Origin: Obrimoposthia wandeli
Taxonomy: Eukaryota
Assembly (NCBI GenBank): GCA_977020255.1
Contig: CDROCS010001153.1
Location: forward strand, 310,001-374,000
Reading direction: 5' to 3'
DNA length: 64,000 nt
Below the pieces are notes generated by a model. The model did no database searches. It was not told where the DNA came from and worked only from the letters and a program-made list of their open reading frames with translations. The translations under genes and the position numbers were made by a program. Of this stretch, positions 49,165 to 61,819 are shown piece after piece; the stretch's first letter is position 1; the number at the start of each line of letters is the position of its first letter.

Positions 49165-52079
49165 TCCGACCACCACTATCACCATGAGCAGCATCAGCTG
49201 GCGTCTGGAGACAATCTGGACGAGTGTGGATTGGAGGTGGTGCGGTGTGCCACAAATCCAGCCATTCAGAGCCGAGAAGCGACTCGGGTACGGCGATTGC
49301 CCCGCGATGGAGGAACCATGGAGTTCGCGAAACAGCTCGACGAGCGTTTGCGACAACTCTGTGAGCATCAACAGCAGCAGCCAGTGCCAAGAGGTCGCGG
49401 TGCTGATCCGGTATGTAAATTCATTTTCCACTGGGTTATTCACCATTCTCTTCCGATCCTCATATTTTCCAGCCGAGATTCTGTCGGAATTCAAAAACAT
49501 TAAATTCATCAAAATTTTACTTTCATAATGAACTGAAAATTTGCAAGTAGATTGCTATGGATTTCTCCATTGCGTATTCCAAAAACCCATAACAATTTGG
49601 TTGCTAAATTGAGATGCATGGTTTGTGGAAGTACAAGACGGAAATTGAAATTTCTGTTTGTTGTAGAAATGGTCAAAATCGCAGTTGAGCACTTTGTGCC
49701 TTAATATCTTCCGAAATATTTAGTGTATGTTGTTGGAGTTTGGGATATATATTGATGACATCCATAACAATCTGTTTGCAGATTTTCAGTTCATTTAAAC
49801 TATTTATTTTTGTGAATATGACTTTTTTGAATCCCGACGACGTTTCTTACTGCTCGTCAGGTCACAATTTCAGTTATTTGACACATTCATTTCACCAAAA
49901 TATCACCTACCTTCATGGAATTAGCATTTTCCCAATATATTTCTTGATTCTAATAAGTCCACTTGTTGCGACAGGCTCAACAACAGCAGCAGCAGCTCTA
50001 CCACAGATCTCCATCGATGCCGAGCCGAGAAGAACGCAGATTTTCATCTCGCAAGAAGTCCATCATGAGCTACGTCGACCAGACCCCCGCCTCACGTCAG
50101 CAGTTTGTGCGCCTCAACTCAGCTACCAACAGTCACCAGACCCTCAACAATCTGACTGTCAATGGAACTGCCGCCACAAACAAGACCAAATCCAACTTTC
50201 ACTACTCAAGCAAACCAAAATCATCAGAGGAACGAGTAAGATTTATATCGATCAAATCTATTATTAAGATCTATACTCTCAGTAAAACTTAATTCTATGA
50301 GTATAAAGCTGAATTCCATCATCTATAATAAAATGAAATTATTAACAAACACACACCACTAAAATCTAACCATTCAACATAAATGAATACCATAAAAAAG
50401 GAATTCCTTAAATATATGGACACACACACACACTAACGAACATGGGTAGAACATTTGTTTGCGTGTAATTTTAATGTATAATTCAGAAAACCAAAATGTA
50501 AACCAAATGAAAAATGAATATCAACAAAGAAAATTATGAAAACACAGTTATTTACTTGTTATCTGAAGTTTCAGACGAATCTATGGTTACGGAAAGGTAA
50601 TTTAAGTAATATATTTCCACATTTCATACATAAATATAGAAAAAAAGAATCATGAGGTAAGACAGAAACATAAAAAATACTTTAAAAATCGGAAAGTTTT
50701 AGGGTATCATTTGCTGAATTCAATGTTCTTAAGATATTTTCAAATTTCAAACAAAGACTATCGGTCGTCTATCGGAATGGAGATGATAATTTCTTTTTGG
50801 TAATTAGAAATCAATAAACAGCGCGAAACATATTATATCTAAACACAAACGAAATTACAAGTCCCAGAAACGGATCGAGACACAAGATCATGGAGGCAGC
50901 CTGAGACTTGTTGAATGTGTTGAAACAAAATTTATACTGGAAGAAGACCTAACAGCTTACTACAAGCATCTAAGAAAGTGTTTTGAAAAAGGCTAAGAGA
51001 AAAAATGTGTTGAGTGATTAGTTAAATAAACTTACTTTGTTGCTTTAGTTTTTAGATTTGACTTTTGAAAGTTTTCAAAAGAATTATCCAAAATTTCCAT
51101 AAAAGCATTTTGATCATAGAAATCAAATCCATAATCATATATCTAATAGATCGTGTAAACTGTGGTCTACGGGCCTATGGGTCTTTAGGTAATATGTATG
51201 CTGGTGAATGTGTGATTGTGTGGTATGTTTGTATTGCTCAATAATGACCTATATATATCCTAAGCACAACAATGAATGCTGTTTATTTATTAATAGAATT
51301 ATGCCTGAACTTCGGTCTTCTAACAATATATTTCCTTGTTGGACATATTTTTGTCCTTTTACAAATTGATATACAGTTGTTGAAATTCAGTTTTACAACT
51401 ATGGTAATCAATTTTATTTTATATTAATTAATATTTCAATTAATTGTATTTCGTTTGAAAATATTACTAATGATATAACGCTTTTGAACATTAAAAATAC
51501 TGAAAATTAATTTATTTTCGAATTTACACACATTTTGGAACAATATAAAATTCTCTTTTGACATCATTTGATAAAGTTAATTGGTTTAGAAAAAATCAAG
51601 AAAAGTAAAAATTGATTGTTGTAATTAACTAACCTTTTTCTATTTAGAAATCAATTTGAAAGTAATTACTGAAATGAAATCATTGTAGCCACCATTTTGT
51701 CCCATCACTAACTCTACTAATTTCACTTTAGTTGCACTTTGATGTTTAGCTAATTTTTCTTTCTGATGCATTTGTGTATTGTATATGTTAATACTCAACG
51801 AATATTCGACTGGAAAGTGGATTAATAACATCGAAAAACGACGTCCTCACTAATTATCGGGCTTGTAAACACCAGACTGGAATTGATTGTTGCTCACTGG
51901 ATGCGACGTCGCAGTGGCCAGCCAAGCAGCATTGTTGTCTGCTGCCTCAAATGCCGGCTTTTGGCCAGCAGCTCTTGCCGAGGTTTCTGGGACTAGGTGA
52001 CGTCTCCAACTGCTGTGTCCGGCCTGTACTAGCTGACCAGAAGACCGCGGCCAGCAACAGATATGGGACCCGCCACTGA
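49165..52079 (+). CDS. Host gene 3' exons 49165-49410, 49975-50235 and 51876-52079; low-complexity Q/H/S-rich protein of unknown function
   Basis: All AG/GT bounded, phase 0-0 (82, 87 and 68 codons); the terminal exon ends in TGA. Confidence 0.7.
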
Positions 52080-55000
52080 GATGTGCGCTTTCTGCCAACT
52101 GTTGTCGTGTCACAGGCGCTATGTAGTTCTACCAAGAGGCCATTTGCCCAGCGTTTTGATGTGCTTTGTGTTGCTCAGCGTTTGTAACTGTATCTTGTCC
52201 AATATTTTAAGCTCTACCACCGGTTTGGGTAGAAAATCTATTCAAAGTTTATAAATGCAAACAGTTTAATATCAATTATGGGTTCGTATAGAACACGACT
52301 TTTATAAACAAAGTTCAGTCTGATGAGGATCTGTCGGTAACTTTTATATGCTTTGAATGCAAAAAATATTTGGTGAAATGCTACAAAATAACACTTCAAA
52401 TTAAATAAACGAATATCAGTGTAATTTACATGAAATACACTGTAAAGCATTAAATACATATTTTATCCAACCATTTAAAATTTGTTTGCCATCAACTTAA
52501 GGAAGGCTTGAATCCTCATAAAATACAAATATATTTAGTGTCAAATATTAAAATTAGTTTTTTTACATTTTTATTTATAACTAAAATGTTTTTAAAATTT
52601 ATTAAATTGAATTAATGCAATTCAAAATATTTAATGTTTCTTAATCAGTTTGCATAAACCAATTATTACTAGCTTTTTCTAACTTTTCAACGACAATTAT
52701 TAAGCTTGATTTTAGATAACATTAATTTGGACTTCTGTTCTGTCAACAAACGGATTTTGGAGAAAGTTTCAAATCTATGTAATGGTAATGATTCAAATTC
52801 GAGTACACCTGAAGTTATCAAGAGTTATGTGACATTTTGAGCCAGAAGTTAATATATCATCTAAAATATACGAATTCTTTATGAATTAACTCGCCGATAG
52901 CGATTTCATTCTGTATTCGTCAATTTCAGATGGAAGTTTGAGGTTAAGAACGTTTAAAAAGCTTTTTTATATGAACCTTTACCCCCTCTCAGTTCCGGAT
53001 CGATATCACAGGACGGTGCTTCTTTTCACTCAAGTCGCGTTCGGGTTGGAATAAATAAATTCTCGTATTTTTTCGTTCTTCCATTTCTGTTTCGCCTTTA
53101 TTATATTTAACCAGCTTTAGATGTAATTAAGGTCGATAAAATAAACAAACAAACATTCGCAATTTATTAAAACTCGGGCATCGCAATAAAAATCATTAAA
53201 ATAATATTGTAGAAATCACTGAAATGCAGACTTAGACAAAGAAGTTTGTACAATCTTATTTTAGCACTGTTATAATCAAAAGTGAATAATTTTAAAAAGT
53301 AAAGAAATTGTGTGGAAATTTTAGAATAAAATAAAACAATTATGAATTAATTCGTAAATACGATTATTATATCAGAGTTGGAATAGGTTATCAAAATCGG
53401 GGTGAATTAAAAATATGAAGAAAAAATGAAGCACTGTAAAAGCCATGTTTTTGTCGAATCTTTACTGAAAAATCATACTCTTTTCCCATCTATGAGCAAT
53501 ATTCATTTGTTGACTACTTGTGAAATATTTCGCTTACATTTAATAAGATACGATTGTTAACCGGATGATGAGTAACTGCATGTTTCTTTAGAGGTATCAC
53601 TTTACTCATGTAATTATTTATTTATCTTGTCAATTTTAATTTAAATTCTGTGCTGTTAACAGTCTGAGAGCGTTTATTAGTACAGTATTAGTGTTACCAT
53701 GGCAAGAGCATAAATAATGCAAAAACATCATAAAACTAAATACTTTATTGAACCATATACTTTTAAACAATACAAACTTTAATCTGTAAATCGATTTACA
53801 ATTTTAATTAAAAAATTTATCACATTAACTCGTTAGTTTGGTAAAACAATAATAACTTTTTAAGGTCATTTTTATTTCACCGCTTTCACTACCCACCCAT
53901 CATCGTCATCTCATTGTCCTCTATTTAATTTATTTTATTAATAATATTTTTCCTGTATCTGATTCTATTCTGCCAATAATAATCAACTCTTCAACAATTC
54001 GTTTAAACTCAAAAATATGAATATACAGAAAATAAAACTAACTGGTATTCACAGTTTTCTGGGCTAAAATATTCAGAATTTAGCTGTCTAAATTAGGTTA
54101 AAAGTAGAATATTGGTTATTTACTACTTTCTTTTTGAAATGATACGAGACAAAGAATTTTTTAACCCTGTTTAATTTTGTATATTTAATACATTTGTTGG
54201 GGTTTCTAATTAACTAGATCCTCGTACGGGGGCCCCAACGTGAGTTCTGTAGCGATAGGCCTTACATATGGATGTGGCATACCTATTCTTACTTTACTTA
54301 GTTCTAGTCTCAATTTGAAGGTTTTGATGCTGTTTTTGTTTGATGATGTGTGAGTATTATATAGTATGGGTACGAACTCATTGGAATAAAGCCCACCTGG
54401 CTTAAAAAAACGTCTAAAAGTAGTCAGAATGTCGTAAAATTACTCCAAAATATCTAAAATTACTCATCAAGTTTCGAAATCACGCATACTGCCTCAATCT
54501 ATTTGAGTTAGTATGTGCGATTTCCAAAATCAGACAAAAGTTAGTCTTGAAATCGCGCATACTAACTCAAGCCAATAGGTCCCCTCGGGGGGTACCCTTT
54601 ACTTTCTTTGCACGATTTCAAGATTTATTCAAATATCGCGCTATTTTGTACCGTTTAAAACAAAATAAAGTAAGTTAAGTTGCCAAAGTCTCCCTTGCAG
54701 AGCCTCCTTAGAGGAGAGCCTTTCATCCGAAGACCGGGTAGCACCTTTGGCAAAGAATATATATTTAGAATACTTTTGTTTATAGTAAAAAGACAATAAC
54801 ATATACACTAAAAAATAAATATATATATTAAACTTTTTTATGTCCTTCAGTAATTATCCATATAAGCTTCTGTCTCCCGAGTTTATCGACTTTGAATCCT
54901 TGAATTTGAATAAAAAATCCTATATTCGCTTTTGGGAAATTAGTAATTATATATTCCAGAGAACATATGTTCATCGGCTTTAATAAAAGCACTAAAGTTT

Positions 55001-55089
55001 TCAATTTTAATATCCAATTTCATTCCTTTGAAAATAGCATTGATATTATTTTATGTCCGTATTATGGATCCTATGGAAAATAATCTATA

Positions 55090-55500
55090 TAAATTATAAA
55101 GGTAAATTTAAGGGAAGTGTTAGCTACTTACCTTTCCGATTAAAGAAACCTATACAATATGTTGAAAAAGTAAAGTTTTATAATGTAGTTATATTTCCAT
55201 CGGACATCATTATTACTATTACTATTTAAGCTCATGCAGAATTATGGGTTGCATGCAACCAATCAAACATGCTCAAAATATAGAAATTGAACGTATTCAA
55301 TCTCTAAGTATCCTGGTGAATATCAACAAGAATGTTTATTTGTATAAGATATCTATGAAAATGGGAAGAAATTGTATGTTTGAACCAGAATTGTTTCCAG
55401 CACTCAGAATTATAAAGTTTAATCCTCTATGTGTTAATGTATTTGCTAGTGATGTGTTAAAAATGTGTTAAAAGTGATTATTCATGGTATTAAAGATTTT
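55090..55500 (+). pseudogene. TATA-binding-protein-like pseudogene (intronless)
   Basis: FEPELFPAL at 55379, followed by VNVFAS..KVIIHGIK; upstream CRIMG and IQSL. Stops and a small duplication disrupt it. Confidence 0.7.
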
Positions 55501-55581
55501 GATTATCATTGTCAAGTCGAGTCTATTGTATTTTTTCTTGAAAGTTTCTTATAAACATATATATGTTTGTGATTTTTTAAA

Positions 55582-56480
55582 ATGCTTATTGATAATATAC
55601 TTCATTATACGAGTGTTAATAATGTTTTAGTTAGACGAAGAATAGATTATTCTAAAATGAAAGTTTTACATATGAAATATAGACGTGAAAGTGAAAGATT
55701 AAAATTTTTGTTTATAAATTTTAAAGAGAAACAAACAGCATATGATTTATCTAAAGCCGGATTTTATAAACATGATGATGCTTTAACCGATAAAGTAAAA
55801 TGTTTATACTGTCAAAGTGCATTATCTGATTGGGAATGGTATCTTAATCCAATAAAGCTACATATGAATTTTTTTCCTACATGTCCATTTCTTTTAAAAT
55901 TAAATGTTTCAAATGTACCAATAATTTAAACTAGTGATAAGAAAATTAATTTTGATACATCATCATTGATTGGAAAAGTATATGTATCAGATATTAATAT
56001 AAAATTACCTGATAAATGTTAGGAAAAATGTTTAGGAAACTATATTGATGCTAATGTTATTTAGAAAATCGAAACAGATTAAATAATTGAATATCCTATA
56101 ACTACCGAAAAATTCGATATGTTGATGGATACAAGCCAAATCAGATATTTGAAAATGTTTTACACAAAAGATAGAATAAAATCTGTTTTAAAATATAAAA
56201 TTATGCGATATGGGGAATACAAATCACTATTTGAAATAATTTGTGATTTATCTTATTTAGAAATAAAATCTGAAAAACAATATATAAATATACTTTCATA
56301 CATTTTAAAAGAACCTGAATATTTAGTACATTTAAATAATCATATTGAAGTAGTATTTCTACCATACGAACATGTAAATACATGTATTCCATGTTCCAGA
56401 ATGTTACATTCATGTCCAGTATGTTGATATATAATTGAAAGGAGAGTAAAACATATAAAAATTCATGGTATAAACAATTG
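55582..56480 (+). pseudogene. Inhibitor-of-apoptosis (BIR + RING) pseudogene (intronless)
   Basis: BIR: ERLK..LSKAGFY..DKVKCLYC..LSDW..P..LH...PTCPF. RING: VVFLPYEH..TCIPC..CPVC* with C>Y and a premature TGA. Confidence 0.85.
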
Positions 56481-56738
56481 AAATTTGGTGATTTATACAA
56501 GAATGGATAAATAGAATCAATTAGTTGATGATACTGTTGATGAAATTATAAAAGGAACAATAAATGGAGTTTAATACATTTCAGATTTTAATGAAGGTAG
56601 TCGTGATCATCTTAAAAAATAGTTCGCTCACATGTCTACAGGGATATCAAATAGAAATTTGATAATTTCATCAAGTTTATTCGTTCAAATATGATGTATA
56701 TAACATATTTTCTATAACATACTTTATAACTTTAGTAC

Positions 56739-59177
56739 TGTTGGGGTTTCTATATAAAACTTATAGATCCTCTTGAATGCGGAGGGCCCCAACATGAGTT
56801 CTTATAGTAGCAGGACTTAAAGATGGTTGTGGCCTACTTCATGTTATAGTTGCCTGTCTCAATGCTTATCTGAAGGTGTTTGTTTTTTGATGTCTCTTAA
56901 TCTGAAGGTTTTAGAACAATGCTTTCTAATGTAGGAAATCGTTTATTGTTAACACACTAGACTAATAAAACAATACGTTTACGTACGTATTTCTAAAAAG
57001 TTGTAGTCAAAATTCCTAAGACTTCTGAAAGTCTCTACACAAGTGGGGATGAACCACGTATCGATTTTAGTTTAGGGTTGATTGGGCGCTAGAGTCTTTA
57101 CTCTTAAAATGCGGGTAATCTTAGTTTATAGATTTTACAGAGCTATTGCTCTAAAATAGGGAATGAGTTTACAGAGCTGTTGCTCTAAAACAGGGAATAA
57201 AATATGGGACGGTTAATACAATCAATAAGGAATTCTTTAATTCCACTTTAAATACAAACGATTCAAATATAAATTCTTCAATTCCACTTTATTTTAATTA
57301 GAAGCGATTCAAATACAAATTCTTAATTCCACTTTACTTTTAAATACAAACGATTCAAATACAAATTCTTTAATTCCACTTTACTTTTAAATACAAACGA
57401 TTCAAATATAATTTCTTTATTTCACTTTACTTTTAAATATAAACGATTCAAATATAAATTCCTAATTCCACTTTACTTTTAAATATAAACGATTCAAATA
57501 TAACTTTTTTAATTCTACTTTTACTTTTAAATACAAACGATTCAAATATAAATTCTTTAATTCCACTTTACTTTTAATTATAAACGATTCAAATATAACT
57601 TCTTTAATTCCACTTTTACTTTTAAATATAAACGATTCAAATACAAATTCTTTATTCCACTTTACTTTTAAATACAGACGATTCAATATAGATTCTTATT
57701 TCACTTTACTTTTAAATATAAATGATTCAAATATAACTTCTTTAATTCCACTTTTACTTTTAAATATAAACGATTCAAATACAAATTCTTTATTCCACTT
57801 TACTTTTAAATACAGACGATTCAATATAAATTCTTATTTCACTTTACTTTTAAATATAAATGATTCAAATATAAACTCCTAATTCCACTTTACTTTTAAA
57901 TACAGACGATTCAATATAAATTCTTATTTCACTTTACTTTTAAATATAAATGATTCAAATATAAATTCTTAAATTCCACTTTTACTTTTAAATATAAACG
58001 ATTCAAATACAAATTCTTTATTTCACTTTACTTTTAAATATAAATGGTTCAAATATAAACTCCTAATTCCACTTTACTTTTAAATATAAACGATTCAAAT
58101 ATAAATTCCTTAATTCCACTTTTACTTTTAAATATAAACGATTCAAATACAAACTCTTTATTCCACTTTACTTTTAAATATAAACTTTTCTACGCAACGA
58201 CTAAATCACTTTCTCACCAATAAGTCTGGACGTCGTCTAATCCCAGTCTGAGTTCAGTCAAGATCCGTACCCGTTCCGGTTCTGGTCCGACTGCGATTCG
58301 GTCTCGTAGTTCCTCGGTTCCGCAGGTCAGACGCGGCTCACGTTCTAGCTGGAGACTTTCCTTGGAATTAATAAATTGCTTCGTTCACTAAAATTTTACT
58401 TTTGGTTCTTTTGAGGTTTCTCTGTCCGGCTCTATTCAATTTTGTGAGCTATATTCGTTATTTATTTTCCGGCTCGATTCAATTTTGTGAGCTATATTCG
58501 TTATTTATTTTCCGGCTCGATTCAATTTTGTGTGGCCGATAATATTTTTGTCGCTCGGATTTTATCGCGAGTCTTATTTATACCCGTAGCGTATTGCCAC
58601 GCTTTTTTAAGTGCTTCTTGTTTGCTGCCGTGATTCTGCAAGAGTAATTAATGGATAATCTCAAATCCACTTTACCTTCGGTTTCCTAGACAGTCGCCTG
58701 CTGTCTTGTTCTCACGAAGTAGATCGCTGCTCTCGTTGTCCTGTTAAGTGAGCGTAATTGGAAATTCGTAATTGATGTTTACCTTTTAGTTGCACGAAAT
58801 CAATTCCCTCTGCAATCCCGAGCTGCGCCTCTAATGAAATCCTTAATTGATTTCCTTCTTTAATATTTCTTCTGCAATCCCGAACTGCGTCTCTAATGGG
58901 ATTCTTAATTGACTTTCTTCTTCTTAATGCACTTCTTGCTTCTTGGAACTTTGTTGAGGAAATATTTTATCTGGCCCTTCTTTTTTGAGGTCTTTAATTT
59001 TTATACACATTTAGCGCATTACACACGACCTTTCAAGGTCCTTAAATATTTAATCTTATTTTAATTTTAATAATTTTAATTTCTATTTTAAAATTTATTT
59101 AATTCTAACCTTGCTTTCAAGGATTTTTATTTTACTATAAAATCAATTAATTATTTAATTTTAGTCAAAACCTAACA
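56739..59177 (-). mobile_element. Solo LTR (2439 bp) with 4-bp TSD GTAC
   Basis: TGTTGG...CTAACA ends; GTAC at 56735-56738 and 59178-59181. Confidence 0.75.
57232..58185 (+). repeat. Minisatellite of about 42-44 bp (TTCCACTTTTACTTTTAAATATAAACGATTCAAATATAAATTC..), roughly 22 copies, inside the LTR
   Basis: Directly visible; no unique spacers. Confidence 0.92.
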
Positions 59178-60668
59178 GTACTAGTAATGGCTATGATTTA
59201 AATTGTCATGATGTTATGAAAAAATATAATAAGTTTATAAACGGGTGTGATATATTGTTCACAAACATAAAATATTTTTATTCTAAACATAAAAATCATT
59301 TTAAACTTAAAATCTTATTTTAATACCAGGAAATCAAATTATAAGAGTAAATCATCATCACCAAGAAGTAATAAAGTTATAAAAATGGAAACAATTAATA
59401 ATATAATAGTAGTTGAAAGTTTTAATAATAGTTTTGATTACCAAATAGTTGGTCACGTCCTAATAGTTGAATATTTTCACATAATTTTGAATTCACTATA
59501 TTTTTAAATGATGATGATTTCCAGGATAATGAATTAGATAAGTATTTAAATGAATATCCAGATTTTAATGATTTTCTTTATAGACATGAAAAGCAATTTA
59601 TTGATTAATTATATAATGAATTTGTAGCACCTGTAGGCCTTGAAGCAATAACAAATGATATTCAAATAGGTGGCACTTCAAGATAATCTTATTTCGATAC
59701 TACATCTAACCACAGTATGCTAAATCTGGTTATTAAATAATAACGTTAATTATTTTTTAAAAAATTTCATATTTAAATAGACGTGGAAATTTTTAAAGTA
59801 AATGTATTAAAAGTAGCTAAATGGCTACACTATAAAATTTTAAAATCAATTTTTCTTAAGAATTTTTTCCCATTTAAAATATTGAAATTTTATAAAATTA
59901 CAAGATGTTAATAGTAAAAGTTTTATAGTAATTTTTACTATAAAATTCATTTATTATTTTAATGAATTTAATTAATTCATAAAAAGCAAAATTAATTAAG
60001 ACAATTATTTTGGCCTCATTTTATCATATGATTTAAAATGAATTTGATTACAAGTTAGTATATTTGACGAGTTAACCAAGATATTATGTATTTTAAAATT
60101 ACAATTTACTTTGACATTTTTCTACGACATCAAGATTTCATATTCAACTGTTACAAATGATTATGTATTCGGGCACCCTTTCTAATTTCTCTTGATCTAA
60201 TCATTAAAGGCATCGGTATTTCGGTTCTACTGTTCAGTGAATTCATACACATGCCAAACATTAATAGGAAACGACAAAATCAACTTTCACTTTATTTCAT
60301 CACTATATAACTATATGACCTACTAAAACAAGATGGCAATGTAACATATTTATAGATCAGAATGACAAAAGCATCTTTACGTCACCTTAAATATTCTTCC
60401 AACAATAAATCTCGATAATTCATCAAAAATCGTACAAATTTTTCTCTCCATAAATGACTCACATAAAACGTAATTATTTAAAAAATTGTTCCACTATATT
60501 TTGGTTTATTCATAAAAGTCGATAAAATGTCATTTTGAGTTTACTGAAAATAATATATTGAATTTAGAAAAAATATCCCATTTGAAATTTTAACACAGAA
60601 GCATATTCTAATTTCCTTAATAGTCAATTTAAAAATAAAAGATATAAAAATATAGAGTTAATGTGAAT

Positions 60669-61819
60669 TCAGGAGCAGTATCGATGGCAAAAAAAACGGA
60701 GAAGATTGAGCAAAACACCAATTGCGACGCGGAGGGCCACGGCCACCAGAAAGAGGATATACAGATGTAGACAGGAAAATCGATGAGGTAGCCAGAGCAG
60801 TGTGTAGTCTAGATGGAGGGTGGATGATCCATTCTGAAGGTTGACGAATCCGTAGGCAGGATTGGGTACACCCATTCGGTAGGAGCATGTGGGTAGCTCC
60901 AATTGGATGACATCATCGGCGGAGGCTGATGATTGGCCAAGGTCCAGGTGGATGGTGGACGAGGTTGTCAGGGGTTCCATTTGAGCTGGCTCCGTCTTTG
61001 AGTATTGGCAGTTGCGGCAAATAGACAAACGAGACTGTGGGATGATGATGAGGATTGATGATAGTGATGTTGAGTGTAGATGAATGAAATGATGATGCTG
61101 GTGGTTGTGATGGTGATAATTGAAGACGAAAATTATGGCGATGATTGATGATGACGACGATGAGTGAAGATGGATGAATTGATAATGATGATAATGGTGA
61201 AAAGGACATAAAATATATCTTACCAGATGATTATGTGCTGTAAAAATCACCGATATTGGTATTAGAGTTCTGAGATTTTCCTGTAATATAAAAATAAATT
61301 CATAACATCTTTAGAATTTAAATTAACTTTTTTACCAATATTTACCACATGTTATCAACATAAAAATCTAGCTAAGCCATCAGAACAGGTTTAATCTACC
61401 AAACGAGAAATTGCAGTGTTCTTGGTATTGTTAGTAGGTGCTGTGAATGTACTTGAGTAGGTGGATGTGTCCGGTATAATCCACACCCGCCCTCACCCCT
61501 GTCCTTTAAAATCGTGCATGTGTGTGGAGTGAAATTTCACTCCACACACATGCACCATTTTAATGGACAGGGGGGAGGGTGTGGATTAGACCGGACACAT
61601 TCACCTACTTACTTGATATATATCTCAGTTTTCTGGTGATTTTATCATATTTTAGCTCTATTTAAAGTACTTTCTTTACAAAGGCTCAAAATATCAACTT
61701 ACAAAACTGTATTCCATGTGATTGATGATGAAGTTGTACTTCTTGCCCTGGAATTTATCCGATTTTTGACTCAACATTGACTTCAGCTTCTCAAAACTGG
61801 GATCGTCAAATGCATCACC
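60669..61819 (-). CDS. Host gene 3' exons 61703-61819, 61224-61280 and 60669-61034; unknown protein with a C-terminal hydrophobic segment
   Basis: AG/GTAAG-bounded, phase 0-0 exons of 39, 19 and 122 codons. Confidence 0.6.
61456..61609. mobile_element. 154-bp fold-back element with Maverick-type termini and 6-bp TSD TACTTG
   Basis: AGTAGGTGGATGTG...CACATTCACCTACT; TACTTG at 61450-61455 and 61610-61615; central perfect 42-bp palindrome at 61514-61555. Confidence 0.85.

Noticed and set aside
54470-54580. Local hairpins (AAATCRCGCATACT...) as another mini-Maverick
   Set aside because: No AGTAG termini and no 6-bp TSD found. Probably an unrelated MITE fragment.
57232-58185. Regular short repeats resembling a CRISPR array
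   Set aside because: There are no unique spacers, the context is eukaryotic, and no cas genes are present. It is a plain minisatellite.
61035-61223. His/Ile-rich N-terminal part of the 193-aa ORF 60669-61250
   Set aside because: It lies between a GTAAGA donor (61223) and a CAG acceptor (61035). It is more likely CAT-rich intron sequence that happens to be open.
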